A DNA stretch of 64,000 nucleotides, from contig DATEEI010000123.1 in assembly GCA_035281225.1 (NCBI GenBank), forward strand, positions 99,631 through 163,630, given 5' to 3'. This document shows positions 37,861 to 50,317 of this stretch, one piece after another. The stretch is from Vicinamibacterales bacterium. GTDB lineage: Bacteria; Acidobacteriota; Vicinamibacteria; Vicinamibacterales; JAMQPK01. Numbering within the stretch: position 1 is the stretch's first letter; the number at the start of each line of letters is the position of its first letter. Below the pieces are notes generated by a model. The model was not told where the DNA came from. It did not search any database and was given only the letters and a program-made list of their open reading frames with translations. A program made the position numbers and the translations under genes.

Positions 37861-37876
37861 TGTTCCACGTGGAACA
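37861..37876. promoter_or_regulatory. parS centromere-like site
   Basis: TGTTCCACGTGGAACA is a perfect 16-bp palindrome. It differs from the canonical TGTTNCACGTGAAACA at one position. It lies in the rsmG-parA spacer. Confidence 0.8.
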
Positions 37877-37882
37877 AGATGC

Positions 37883-38521
37883 TTAGCTGACCCGTCGGAG
37901 GATCTCAACTCGGCTTCCAAGATGCGGCAAAAGGGAGTGGACGGCATGGGGAAGTAATCCGGGCGCTGGATGGGTAGGGGCATGGCCAACTGAGGAGAAC
38001 AGGAAGAGCAGCCCATCTGGTCTCAGGAAATCCTTAGCCGCCACCAGCGTCCCAGGATCCACTCTGACAGCCCTCAGGGTCACAACATCAGCCGATTCGC
38101 GAAATTCTGGAGCTTTCAGCAGTTCCTCGAATCGCGCAGATTCAACCGTTGTATCCGTCAGGGAAAGATGCCGGACGGCCTCGCGCAGGAAGGCTGCCTT
38201 CTTCTGTTTTGATTCCACCATCACCATAGAGATCGTAGGAGCCACGAGCTTCATGGGAATCGCTGGCGAACCTCCTCCGGACCCCAGATCGACAACCCTC
38301 AAGCGAGAACCCAGGAAATAGCGCGCGGCGGCAGCCGGCTCTAGCAAGAGCCGGTCGATGGCCTCATCAGCCCATTCCTCGACTGGAAGAGAAGTCAGCG
38401 AGACGCGCTGATTCCATTTTCGCAAAAGCTCAAAATATGCTTCCAGGCCTCGAAAAGCGGTGTCCGGGAGGGATAAACCGGCCTCGGTTGCGCGACTGGC
38501 AAGCTTTTCTCGAGTCTGCAC
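37883..38521 (-). CDS. rsmG: 16S rRNA (guanine527-N7)-methyltransferase RsmG (GidB)
   Basis: VVDLGSGGGSPAIPM SAM motif. Lies between mnmG and parA, in conserved synteny. Confidence 0.85.
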   Translation of the reverse strand: MQTREKLASRATEAGLSLPDTAFRGLEAYFELLRKWNQRVSLTSLPVEEWADEAIDRLLLEPAAAARYFLGSRLRVVDLGSGGGSPAIPMKLVAPTISMVMVESKQKKAAFLREAVRHLSLTDTTVESARFEELLKAPEFRESADVVTLRAVRVDPGTLVAAKDFLRPDGLLFLFSSVGHAPTHPAPGLLPHAVHSLLPHLGSRVEILRRVS

Positions 38522-38536
38522 GCGGATGAGAATATT

Positions 38537-40369
38537 TCAAATACTGCGAGAGACGTAGGTAGAGAGCACTGCTATGGCAGCAGGCGTAATGCCCGGCACG
38601 CGCATGGCCTGTCCCAGCGTCTCGGGCCGAACCTGGCTCAGGCGCTGAACGACTTCCGCCGAGAGACCAGGGACTGCCGCATAAGGGAAGTGGACAGGGA
38701 TCCGCCGATTCTCGTCGCGCGAGCGGCGGATGATGTCCGCCTCCTGCCGCTTCAAGTACCCCTGATACTTCAGCGTGGTCTCGACGCTTGGAATATCGAG
38801 TCTACTGACTGGCTGCTCAAGGCCGAACCCGTCTCGGACGAGATCCGAAAGCTTCGAGGAGGGCTGGCGCAGCCACTGCTCGGCCGGAATTCGACCGCCG
38901 GCTGCCTCTCTGACAGTCGCAGCACGCAACCTCGATAAGTTTGCCTCGAGTCTCGATCGTCTGCCGCGAAACCGCTCCCAGCGTTCAGTGTCTATCATCC
39001 CGGCCGCCTGAGCCCTCGGCGTGAGCCGCAAATCGGCGTTGTCTACCCTCAAGAGCAGCCTATATTCCGCTCGCGACGTAAACATGCGATAGGGTTCCAG
39101 GCAACCATTCGTTACTAGGTCATCTACCAGAATTCCAACATATCCTTCGCTTCGGGATATAGAGAAGGCATCTCCGTCACCAATCTGCAGGGCCGCATTC
39201 GCACCAGCGATCAATCCTTGCGCGCCAGCCTCCTCGTAGCCAGATGTCCCGTTGATCTGGCCGGCCAGAAACAACCCGGCCACGCGCTTCGTCTCGAGCG
39301 CGCTCGTCAACTCTGTCGGCTGGATGAAGTCGTACTCCACGGCGTAGGCAGGCCGCAACATTCGCGCGCCCTCGAGACCCGGCATCGCGTGTACGACTTC
39401 GAGTTGCACATCCGCTGGAAGGCTCATCGAGAAGCCGTTCACGTAAATCTCGTCGGCGTCGCGTCCCTCGGGTTCGAGATAAATCTGATGTCGCTCGCGC
39501 TGCGGGAACCGCACGATCTTGTCTTCGAGCGATGGGCAGTAGCGCGGCCCAATACCGTGAATCTGGCCGTTGAACAACGGCGACTTATCCAGGTTCGCCA
39601 TCACGATCTCGCGCACGCGCTCGTTCGTGTGAAGGAGATAACACGGTGTCTGCGCGATCTCGATCGATTCGGTGAGAAACGAGAAAGGCACCGGCGGACG
39701 ATCGCCGGGCTCGAGCGCGAATCGGCCGTCGCTGACACAGCCCTCGAAATCGATGCTGTGCCGATCGAGCCTCGGGGGAGTGCCGGTCTTCAAACGTCCC
39801 CAGGTGAACCCAAATGACTTGAGCGACTCAGCCAGCTCGCGCGAAGGCGGTTCATTCGCGCGGCCGGCAGGCCGCTGCTCGGTGCCGATATGCACCAGCC
39901 CGTTCAGGAATGTCCCCGTCGTGACGACCAGCGAGCGACACGCGTAGCGCGGCCCATCCTCGAGAGCCAGGCCGGCGACTCGACCGTTTTCGACGAGGAT
40001 TCGCCCGGCCTTCCCAAAGATCCACTCGATATTGTTCTCGCGCTGGAGCGCTTCGAGCATCCAGCGCCCATAGAGCTGCTTGTCCGCCTGCGCGCGCGGC
40101 GACCAGACGGCGGGACCCCGGCTGCGATTGAGCACCTTGAATTGAATGCCGGTGGCGTCGATCGCGCGAGCCATCAAACCACCGAGCGCATCGATCTCCG
40201 CGACAAGATGGCCCTTCGCAGTGCCGCCAATTGCTGGATTGCAGGGCATGTGCGCCACTGTGTCGGGCGTCAACGTGCAGATGGCGACGTGCCGCCCAAG
40301 ACGCGCGGCGGCGTACGCGGCCTCGCATCCCGCATGCCCGGCGCCGATGACGATCACGTCAAATGTCAT
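38537..40369 (-). CDS. mnmG: tRNA uridine-5-carboxymethylaminomethyl modification enzyme MnmG (GidA)
   Basis: [19 protein letters not shown] motif, and [17 protein letters not shown]. Confidence 0.96.
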   Translation of the reverse strand: MTFDVIVIGAGHAGCEAAYAAARLGRHVAICTLTPDTVAHMPCNPAIGGTAKGHLVAEIDALGGLMARAIDATGIQFKVLNRSRGPAVWSPRAQADKQLYGRWMLEALQRENNIEWIFGKAGRILVENGRVAGLALEDGPRYACRSLVVTTGTFLNGLVHIGTEQRPAGRANEPPSRELAESLKSFGFTWGRLKTGTPPRLDRHSIDFEGCVSDGRFALEPGDRPPVPFSFLTESIEIAQTPCYLLHTNERVREIVMANLDKSPLFNGQIHGIGPRYCPSLEDKIVRFPQRERHQIYLEPEGRDADEIYVNGFSMSLPADVQLEVVHAMPGLEGARMLRPAYAVEYDFIQPTELTSALETKRVAGLFLAGQINGTSGYEEAGAQGLIAGANAALQIGDGDAFSISRSEGYVGILVDDLVTNGCLEPYRMFTSRAEYRLLLRVDNADLRLTPRAQAAGMIDTERWERFRGRRSRLEANLSRLRAATVREAAGGRIPAEQWLRQPSSKLSDLVRDGFGLEQPVSRLDIPSVETTLKYQGYLKRQEADIIRRSRDENRRIPVHFPYAAVPGLSAEVVQRLSQVRPETLGQAMRVPGITPAAIAVLSTYVSRSI

Positions 40370-40414
40370 TCACGCCTATTCGTGTCGGTACTCTTTACCA
40401 TCTATTACACGCAA

Positions 40415-41764
40415 TCATTTCCCAATACAGAAACGCGAGAAAATATGACGCAGCAGATCTTCCGATGTGCGCTTACCTGTCACTTCTTCGAGCGCAGCTC
40501 TCGCATCCTGAAGGTCCGTCAACACGAACTCTTCGGCGACAGGACCGGCTGGATTCGCCACCGCATCAGATGCCCGGCGAAGCGACTGACGCGCGGTTTC
40601 GAGCAGCGCCGCGTGCCGCACGTTGGTGACGGCTACCGTATCGCGCAGGGTGGCTGCGCTTCCGCCCTCAAGTACCGCACGAATTTCGCGCCGCAGCTCG
40701 TTCAGGCCGTCACCGGTGACTGAAGACACGACAGACGTCGCGACTGGAAGATCGGCGGGCGCCCACACTGCGGGCAAATCACTCTTGTTCGCGACAACGA
40801 GGCGGGGTGCGTCTCCCGTTTCGTCGAGCAGATCGAAATCCGCCGCGTCGAGAGGTCGCGAGAGGTCGAGCACGACCAGCACGAGGTCGGCGGTCGCCCA
40901 AGCTCGGCGCGCCCGCGCGACGCCTTCTCTTTCCACCTCGTCGGCCGTCTCGCGCAGGCCGGCCGTGTCGATCAACTCGAGCCGGAGGCCGTCGATGTCA
41001 GCGCTCTCCGTCACGAGATCTCTCGTCGTTCCGGGGACGGACGTGACGATCGCGCGGCCGGTCCGCAACAGGGCATTGAACAAGCTCGACTTGCCGACGT
41101 TCGGCTTTCCCACAATCGCAACCTGCGCCCCTTCTCGAATCAGCCTGCCGCGCTTCGCGTCGCACAACAGCGAGTCAAGATGGCTTTCGATCGTTCGCAG
41201 CGCCGTGATCGCCTCGCCGGCTTGGACGAAGTGATAACCCGCATCCGGAAAATCGAGCGACGCCTCCAGACGCGCAATCAGATCGAACAGCTCCGCATCG
41301 AGAGTGCCGATGCGTTCGGTCAACGTGCCTTGGAGCTGATCGAACGCGGCCCGCGCCTGAAGCGGCGTCACCGCATCGATGAGATCGGCGACCGCTTCTG
41401 CCTGGACGAGATCGATTCGGCCGTTGAGAAACGCGCGCAGCGTAAATTCGCCGGGCTCGGCGAGACGCGCTCCACCCTGCATAGCCTGCTCGACGATCTG
41501 ACGCAGCACGACGGGGCTGCCGTGTGCGCTGATTTCGACCCCGTGTTCGCCCGTATAGGAGTGCGGTGCGGGGAAATACGTTGCGACGACGTGATCGCCG
41601 GCCGTCCGTGCAAACGTCGCACGCCTGGCCTGAAGGGGAGCATCGAGCTGGAGCAGTGTGCCCGCAATCTCGACGGCGTCTGGACCGCTGAGCCGGACGA
41701 CGCCAATCCCGCCGCGTCCAGCAGGAGTCGCGATGGCGACGATGGTGTCGTGCGTGCTGAACAT
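40415..41764 (-). CDS. mnmE: tRNA modification GTPase MnmE (TrmE)
   Basis: DTIVAIATP..G.GGIGVVRLSG, G1 motif GKPNVGKSS, and the C-terminal CIGK. Confidence 0.96.
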   Translation of the reverse strand: MFSTHDTIVAIATPAGRGGIGVVRLSGPDAVEIAGTLLQLDAPLQARRATFARTAGDHVVATYFPAPHSYTGEHGVEISAHGSPVVLRQIVEQAMQGGARLAEPGEFTLRAFLNGRIDLVQAEAVADLIDAVTPLQARAAFDQLQGTLTERIGTLDAELFDLIARLEASLDFPDAGYHFVQAGEAITALRTIESHLDSLLCDAKRGRLIREGAQVAIVGKPNVGKSSLFNALLRTGRAIVTSVPGTTRDLVTESADIDGLRLELIDTAGLRETADEVEREGVARARRAWATADLVLVVLDLSRPLDAADFDLLDETGDAPRLVVANKSDLPAVWAPADLPVATSVVSSVTGDGLNELRREIRAVLEGGSAATLRDTVAVTNVRHAALLETARQSLRRASDAVANPAGPVAEEFVLTDLQDARAALEEVTGKRTSEDLLRHIFSRFCIGK

Positions 41765-41806
41765 CGTCTTGGAACTGGGGATTAGGGATTGGTGACTAGT
41801 GATTCG

Positions 41807-42253
41807 TTATTTGGATACGCTGATCGTGACCGTCTTTACTGCGGCGTCGCCGATGCTTTCGGAAGTGGCGCCGGGTACTTCGGCGACGGCGAGGTGCACG
41901 AGCCGCCGCTCGTAGGCGTTCAGCGGTCCGATGCTCTGTTCGACCCCGGACGTCTTGGCCTTCTCGGCGAGGAATTTCGCCATTTGTTTCAGCTCGTTGT
42001 CTTTGCCGCGGCGGAAATCCATGCAATCGATCAGCAGGCGCTCATCGCCGAGCTGCTTGCGAAACGCGCTGTCGACGACGTGCTGCAGCGCCTGTAGACC
42101 CTCGCCGCGTCGCGCGAGCAGCGCCTCGGCTCCGTCGCCCTTCAGGTTGATGCGCGTGCCGTCCTGATTCGTCTCGACGCTCGCCTCCAGCGCAAGGCCC
42201 ATGTCATTGACGACCTTGGTAATGAAGTCGACCACCTGTTGAGTTGCACTCAT
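41807..42253 (-). CDS. jag: Jag/KhpB-type KH + R3H RNA-binding protein
   Basis: The R3H region is LNAYERRLVHLAV. The start overlaps the yidC stop (ATGA). Confidence 0.8.
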   Translation of the reverse strand: MSATQQVVDFITKVVNDMGLALEASVETNQDGTRINLKGDGAEALLARRGEGLQALQHVVDSAFRKQLGDERLLIDCMDFRRGKDNELKQMAKFLAEKAKTSGVEQSIGPLNAYERRLVHLAVAEVPGATSESIGDAAVKTVTISVSK

Positions 42254-44010
42254 TCGGCTCCCTCCGTTTTACCTTCGCCGATTTTCTTCATCCTGCGCTC
42301 TGCCGGCGACCGAGAAGGGCGGATCGCCGGCGGGCCGATCATCTTGTTCGTCAGTACCTGTTGCACGATCACCAGCACGTTGCTCGCGAACCAATAGAGC
42401 GCGAGTCCTGCCGGCGATGTCAGGAAGAGGAACGTGAAGATGATCGGCATGAAGAGCATCATCTTCTGCTGCACGGGATCGGCTCCCGTCATCGGCATCA
42501 TTTTCTGCTGCAGCACCTGCGAGGCGCCCATGAGGACAGGCGTCACGTAGTACGGATCGGCGGCCGCGAGATCGTGGATCCACCAGATGAACGGCGCGCC
42601 TCGCAGCTCAATTGCCTCCGATAGCAGGCTGTAGAACGCGAGCAGCACTGGGAAAGTCAGAAGCATGGGAACGCAGCCGCTGGCCGGGTTGACTCCCTTC
42701 TGCCTGTAGAGCTCCATCAGCTCGGTGTTCATCTTCTGCCGCGCCGGATCGGTCATGCTCAACTTCGCATAGCGATCCTGAATGGTCTTCACCTCCGGCT
42801 GGATCTCCTGCATCTTCCGCATCGACACGTTGCTCTTGTGCCGCAGCGGGAACATGGCCGCGTTGATGATGACCGTCAGCAGGATGATCGACCAGCCGTA
42901 GTTGCCGACGAAGCCGTTCAGCCAATTGAGCGCCGACAGAAGCGGCACGCACAGAAACGCGAACATGCCGAACCAGATCGCGCGGACGAGATCGGGATCG
43001 GCTTTCTGCAGCGACACGAAGTGCTTTGGTCCGACGAAGAATTTAACGGTGACCGGGCCGGTCGGGGCCGACCTGAGCCGGATGTCGTAGCCGATGTAGT
43101 CGCGCGACACGGCCGGCGCGGATCCCGGGGATGGAATAGAAAGCGGGTGGTAATCCAGCTCCGCGTGTCCAGGCTTCACCGCGACCGACATGAAGTAGTG
43201 AGTGTCAACGCCCGCGAAATCGTAGCCGCCCTGATACTTCGGTGTCTCGAGAAGATCGGCGGCTTGAATCCGCTCGACATCGCCCGCGGTGGAGTAGATG
43301 GCCTCGCTCTTGCGGATGGCCGTGAAGGTACCGGCGGGGCCGACGGCGAGCACATCGCCCAGTCCCGGGCCCCACTGGATCGTCGGGTTGACCGCTCTGC
43401 CTGCATCGCTCACGCTTGCAGACAGCGTGGCCACGTACGAATTTGGCTCGAGTCGGAACTCCTTCTTGGCGTGCAGCCCCGTTGCATCCTGATACTCGAA
43501 GGTGAGAGTGATTGGAGTGCTGCGCGCATCTAGCGTTGACGCATCACCTGTGGCCAATCCACCGGTTCTCACGAACAGCGCGGAGTTCAAGCGCGCGGTC
43601 TTCGCCGCATCGTCGAGCTTCAGCGAGAAGGGCTTCGGCTGGTCTGTCCCCACATCGTGCGGGACCAAATCAACCGGCTTTCCATCAGCGAGATACTCGG
43701 AGAGTTGCCATGCAGACAACGTCGCGCCGCGGTTTGAGAAGACCGCGCGCACGAGCCCGTTGTCCACCACAATCGTCCGTTCTACGGTGTCCGCCTGAAC
43801 GGTTTCAACAGCCGCAACCACCGGAGGTGTCGTCACGGCTGGCGGGGGAGTGGTGGCTGGAGCGGGGGCGCCACTCTGCGCGGCGGTCGGGGCGCTGGTC
43901 GCTGCCGCCGGCGGCTGCGTTGCCGGTGGCTGATAGGTCGGAACCAGCCACTGATACGCCGTCAGGACGATGAAGACCAGAACTATTGCGAGGAGAAGGC
44001 GGCGTTCCAT
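42250..44010 (-). CDS. yidC: Membrane protein insertase YidC (with large periplasmic domain)
   Basis: 586 aa. N-terminal TM segment, periplasmic P1-like region, then the conserved core NYGWSIILLTVIINAAMFPL...GCVPMLLTFPVL. Confidence 0.93.
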   Translation of the reverse strand: MERRLLLAIVLVFIVLTAYQWLVPTYQPPATQPPAAATSAPTAAQSGAPAPATTPPPAVTTPPVVAAVETVQADTVERTIVVDNGLVRAVFSNRGATLSAWQLSEYLADGKPVDLVPHDVGTDQPKPFSLKLDDAAKTARLNSALFVRTGGLATGDASTLDARSTPITLTFEYQDATGLHAKKEFRLEPNSYVATLSASVSDAGRAVNPTIQWGPGLGDVLAVGPAGTFTAIRKSEAIYSTAGDVERIQAADLLETPKYQGGYDFAGVDTHYFMSVAVKPGHAELDYHPLSIPSPGSAPAVSRDYIGYDIRLRSAPTGPVTVKFFVGPKHFVSLQKADPDLVRAIWFGMFAFLCVPLLSALNWLNGFVGNYGWSIILLTVIINAAMFPLRHKSNVSMRKMQEIQPEVKTIQDRYAKLSMTDPARQKMNTELMELYRQKGVNPASGCVPMLLTFPVLLAFYSLLSEAIELRGAPFIWWIHDLAAADPYYVTPVLMGASQVLQQKMMPMTGADPVQQKMMLFMPIIFTFLFLTSPAGLALYWFASNVLVIVQQVLTNKMIGPPAIRPSRSPAERRMKKIGEGKTEGAE

Positions 44011-44013
44011 TAG

Positions 44014-44313
44014 TTAAGGGACCAGATCCAGTCCCGAGCCGCCAAACGGGTGGCATCGGAGCACGCGCTTGAGCCCCAGCCATCCGCCTCGAAGCACGCC
44101 GTAGGTGCCTATCGACTCGGCCGCATACTCCGAGCACGTCGGCAGATAGCGGCACGAGCCCGTGAGTGCGGGCCGAATCACGATTTGATAACCGCGAATG
44201 ACCGCGAGGCCGATTCGGACGGAGAGAGGGGTTGCCTCGGCGCTTTTAGAGTTTTTCGATGCGCAGCAGTGCAGCACGATAGTCGGCTTCAATATTCCGC
44301 CAGGATGCGTCAA
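44014..44313 (-). CDS. yidD: Membrane protein insertion efficiency factor YidD
   Basis: [23 protein letters not shown]...RCHPFG is the YidD signature. The true start is probably the internal GTG near 44277; either way it overlaps the rnpA 3' end. Confidence 0.8.
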   Translation of the reverse strand: MTHPGGILKPTIVLHCCASKNSKSAEATPLSVRIGLAVIRGYQIVIRPALTGSCRYLPTCSEYAAESIGTYGVLRGGWLGLKRVLRCHPFGGSGLDLVP

Positions 44314-44560
44314 GCATCTCCCGCCTAGGAATAACGACGATGTCTATTCCTGTCAATGGTTTATGGGACCTAAACAGCTCTCGAACCAGCCGCTTGGCCC
44401 GGTTTCTGGTGACTGCGTTTCCGATTTTCCGGCTGGCCGCTATGCCGAGGCGAGGCGAGCCGATCGCATTTGGCAGGGCGAAGCAGGTCATCAAGCGACC
44501 CCGAAGTCGGGAGCCTTTCTCGTAGACCGTCGTGAACTCCGCCCGACGGCGCAGTTTCAC
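44246..44560 (-). CDS. rnpA: RNase P protein component
   Basis: [14 protein letters not shown]...[17 protein letters not shown] is the RnpA signature. The GTG start overlaps the rpmH stop (GTGA). Confidence 0.87.
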   Translation of the reverse strand: MKLRRRAEFTTVYEKGSRLRGRLMTCFALPNAIGSPRLGIAASRKIGNAVTRNRAKRLVRELFRSHKPLTGIDIVVIPRREMLDASWRNIEADYRAALLRIEKL

Positions 44561-44703
44561 CGCGACGACGAAACAGTGAGCCGCTTCCGCCCCTTTGCAC
44601 GGCGGCGCTTCAGCACAATGCGGCCGTTCTTGGTTTGCATGCGGACGAGAAAGCCGTGAGTGCGTCGGCGACGGCGTCTGTTGGGCTGAAAGGTACGTTT
44701 CAT
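44557..44703 (-). CDS. rpmH: 50S ribosomal protein L34
   Basis: Too short for the ORF track. My translation gives [48 protein letters not shown] (48 aa). Confidence 0.9.
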   Translation of the reverse strand: MKRTFQPNRRRRRRTHGFLVRMQTKNGRIVLKRRRAKGRKRLTVSSSR

Positions 44704-44847
44704 CGAAAATCCTTAGGAATTTGAAAAATTTCGCAACGCGCGAACCTGCAATCTTAATGGGCGGCCTGCCAGCCTGTCAACGAACGCGCGGCCTATGCTA
44801 CAGTCGCCGCTCGAGCATCGCGCATGGAATTTGGTCTCATCCCAGAG

Positions 44848-44879
44848 TTTTCCACACCTGTGCAAAAAGCTGTGGAAAT
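44848..44879. promoter_or_regulatory. Inverted pair of DnaA-box-like 9-mers upstream of dnaA
   Basis: TTTTCCACA (44848-44856) and TGTGGAAAT (44871-44879). These have one and two mismatches to TTATCCACA and are separated by 14 nt. Confidence 0.5.
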
Positions 44880-45041
44880 TGCGGCTCTTCTGCATCCCGA
44901 TCGAAAAAAACGGCCTGTTTATGGACCGTTTTTGAAGGCGAAAGCCTGCCGATCACGATTTGAAGCCACTCTTCGCGTTTCTTCCATAATTCGAACGCTC
45001 GCCGCCCTCTGGCGGTAAGGCGAAAGCAGCAGAAACCGCCA

Positions 45042-46391
45042 ATGATTGCCGGCAATATCTGGGACGAGATCCTGTCGCGCGTCCAGGCCAAAGTGAACCG
45101 CCACAGTTTCTATACGTGGTTCAAGCCGACGGGTTTCGTCGCGGACGACGGCCATACGCTGACCGTGCGAGTCCCGAACGCGCTCTTTAAAGATTGGATT
45201 ACCAAGCATTATTCGGGTGTCATCGCCGAAGCGCTCGAGGAAGTGCACCGCACGGATGCACTCGTACGCTTCGTCGCCAGCGGATCGCCTGAGGCCGAAG
45301 TGCCGCCTCCGCCCGTGGTATCCGAGACAGAGGACCCTGGCGACGGACCGCTGCCCCCCCTTACGGCGACGCCAGCTGCAGGGCTGAATCCGCGCTACAC
45401 CTTCGACACCTTCATCGTCGGATCGTCGAATCAGTTCGCGCATGCGGCCTGCCGTGCGGTCGCCGAGGCGCCTTCGCGTTCGTACAATCCGCTGTTTATT
45501 TACGGCGGAGTCGGTCTCGGTAAGACCCATTTGATGCACGCGATCGGTCACTACGTGCTTCAACACGACCGCAATCTCATGCTCACGTACATTTCGTCCG
45601 AACGTTTCATGAACGAAATGATCAACGCGGTGCGCTACGACCGTCTGATTGATTTTCGCGAGCGCTACCGCAGCGTCGACGTTCTGCTTGTGGACGACGT
45701 GCAGTTTTTGTCGGGCAAGGAAGGGACGCAGAACGAGTTCTTTCATACGTTCAACGCTCTCTACGACTCGCAGAAGCAGATCGTGCTGAGTAGCGACTGC
45801 CCGCCGCACGAGATCGAGCAATTGGAAGAACGTCTGCGCTCGCGATTTGAGTGGGGACTTATCGCCGATATCCAGTCGCCAGACCTGGAAACGAAGGTCG
45901 CGATCTTGAAGAAAAAAGCGGAGGCTGAGGCGGTGCCACTCCCCGATTCAGTCGCAATTTATATTGCGGGCCGCATCAAGTCGAACATCCGCGAGCTCGA
46001 GGGATCGCTCATCCGGCTGATTGCCTATGCTTCCCTCACAGGGCGTGAGATCTCCACCGATCTTGCCCAGGAAGTACTGCGGAACGTCAAAGACCATGAA
46101 GAACGAGCCGTCACGATCGATCACATCCAGAAGTTCGTCGCCGACTACTATCAATTGAAACTGGCCGATTTGAAATCGAGGAACAATTCCAAATCGATAG
46201 CTATGCCGCGACAGGTGGCGATGTATTTGTGTAAAAATCTCACCCACGCGTCGCTGCCGGAGATTGGCCGCAGCTTCGGCGGCAAGCATCACTCCACAGT
46301 GATCCATTCCATCAAGAAGGTCGAAGCGCTTCGTCAACAAGACGCGCAGTTCAACACGCTTCTCAACAGCTTCCTGGAGAGTTTCAGGTGA
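45042..46391 (+). CDS. dnaA: Chromosomal replication initiator DnaA
   Basis: NPLFIYGGVGLGKTHLMHAIG (AAA+), VDVLLVDDVQFL, and domain IV (IAMPRQVAMYLCKNLT..SLPEIGRSFGGKHHSTVIH). Confidence 0.97.
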   Translation: MIAGNIWDEILSRVQAKVNRHSFYTWFKPTGFVADDGHTLTVRVPNALFKDWITKHYSGVIAEALEEVHRTDALVRFVASGSPEAEVPPPPVVSETEDPGDGPLPPLTATPAAGLNPRYTFDTFIVGSSNQFAHAACRAVAEAPSRSYNPLFIYGGVGLGKTHLMHAIGHYVLQHDRNLMLTYISSERFMNEMINAVRYDRLIDFRERYRSVDVLLVDDVQFLSGKEGTQNEFFHTFNALYDSQKQIVLSSDCPPHEIEQLEERLRSRFEWGLIADIQSPDLETKVAILKKKAEAEAVPLPDSVAIYIAGRIKSNIRELEGSLIRLIAYASLTGREISTDLAQEVLRNVKDHEERAVTIDHIQKFVADYYQLKLADLKSRNNSKSIAMPRQVAMYLCKNLTHASLPEIGRSFGGKHHSTVIHSIKKVEALRQQDAQFNTLLNSFLESFR

Positions 46392-46656
46392 GAAAACACG
46401 TTTTCCACAGGTCTAGGTGAGGGGCTTCCCACAAGACCGGGCACGACCTGGTTTTAGGGCGAAAGCCTGCCTTCCGTACGCGGTTTGGTACGCTCCGTTA
46501 TCCACAGAAAAACCCACAGTTTAAGTACCTGAACAGCAAGCACTTGCGCCAACGTTTTGACTTCCTAACAGCACCTTTTCCTTGTATAATTCTTTATCTC
46601 TCTTTTTTCCCTTCTAAGACAAGAGATCGCAGGCCAATTTTGAGGGTCAGCCAGCC
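46392..46656. other. Candidate oriC (DnaA-box cluster plus AT-rich unwinding tract) in the dnaA-dnaN spacer
   Basis: Perfect TTATCCACA at 46499-46507. Related boxes are TTTTCCACA (46402-46410), CTTCCCACA (46426-46434) and AAACCCACA (46511-46519), all in the same orientation. An AT-rich stretch lies at about 46575-46625 (CTTTTCCTTGTATAATTCTTTATCTCTCTTTTTTCCC). Confidence 0.6.
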
Positions 46657-47778
46657 ATGGATTTAGTCGTTAAGAAAAACGACCTCCTGAGAGAACTGCA
46701 ACTTTTCCAAGGCATCGTCGAGCGGAAAAATACGATTCCGATTCTGGCGAACGTGTTGATGGAGGCCAGAGGAAACGAAATCCGCATGCTGGCTACCGAT
46801 CTCGAAGTGGGTCTCCGCAGCCGGTGCGAGGCCACGGTTGAAAAGGGCGGCACGCTGACGCTTCCCGCGAAAAAGCTTTACGAGATTGTGAAAGCGCTTC
46901 CGGAAACCGACGTGCGGATTGCCGAAGACAAGAACGGCGTCAAGGTCGCTGCCGATCGATTCGACTCGCGCATGCAGACGCTGCCGAAAGAGGATTTTCC
47001 AGCAGTACCGGAGGCGACCGGCGCAACAAACGCGACGCTCCCGCGTGCAGCGGTAAAGGAAATGGTCGCGAAGACGCAGTTCGCCATCACGGGAGAAGAC
47101 ACCCGGTTTTTTCTCAACGGTGCGCTGTTTATTCTGGGCACGACGTCGATGAGTCTTGTGGCAACAGATGGACACAGGCTCGCACTCGTGAACGTCGACC
47201 GGCCGAAAGGGAGTGCGAAACCTTCGAAGGACGGAGAAGAGGTCCGCGCCATTCTTCCGCGCAAGACGCTCTGGGAGCTTGGCAAACTGCTCATGGAAGG
47301 TGACGGAGACATCCGCTACGAGCGCGGCGAGAACCATTTATTCTTCGAGATCGGTGGCCGCATGCTGATCTCGCGGATGATCGATGGGCAGTTTCCGGCG
47401 TTCGAGCGGGTCATTCCCAAGGGCAACAACAAACGGATCGAGTTCGAACGCGAGCGTTTGACGAACGCGGTCAAGCGGGTCGCACTGTTGTCGAACGAGC
47501 GCTCGCGATCGGTGAAGTTCCAACTCGACAAGGGCAAAGTCGAGGTGACATCCAGCAGCCCCGAATTCGGCGAGGCGAAAGAGACGCTGGCGGTGGACTA
47601 CTCGGATGCCAGCATGCAGATTTGCTTCAACGCGCAGTATGTGATGGATTTTCTCGGGGCGGTCGACACCGACCTTGTCGCACTCGAGCTGAAGGACGAA
47701 GTGAGCCAGGCGGTGATGAAGCCGATCGGCACCGAAGGCTACGACTACACCTACGTGATTATGCCGATGAGGGTGTGA
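46657..47778 (+). CDS. dnaN: DNA polymerase III beta sliding clamp
   Basis: N-terminus KNDLLRELQLFQGIVERKNTIPILANVLMEA and MLISRMIDGQFP; typical length of 373 aa. Confidence 0.95.
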   Translation: MDLVVKKNDLLRELQLFQGIVERKNTIPILANVLMEARGNEIRMLATDLEVGLRSRCEATVEKGGTLTLPAKKLYEIVKALPETDVRIAEDKNGVKVAADRFDSRMQTLPKEDFPAVPEATGATNATLPRAAVKEMVAKTQFAITGEDTRFFLNGALFILGTTSMSLVATDGHRLALVNVDRPKGSAKPSKDGEEVRAILPRKTLWELGKLLMEGDGDIRYERGENHLFFEIGGRMLISRMIDGQFPAFERVIPKGNNKRIEFERERLTNAVKRVALLSNERSRSVKFQLDKGKVEVTSSSPEFGEAKETLAVDYSDASMQICFNAQYVMDFLGAVDTDLVALELKDEVSQAVMKPIGTEGYDYTYVIMPMRV

Positions 47779-47800
47779 CAGGGCGGCGACCAAACAATAA

Positions 47801-50316
<2,516 letters not shown>

Positions 50317-50317
<1 letters not shown>

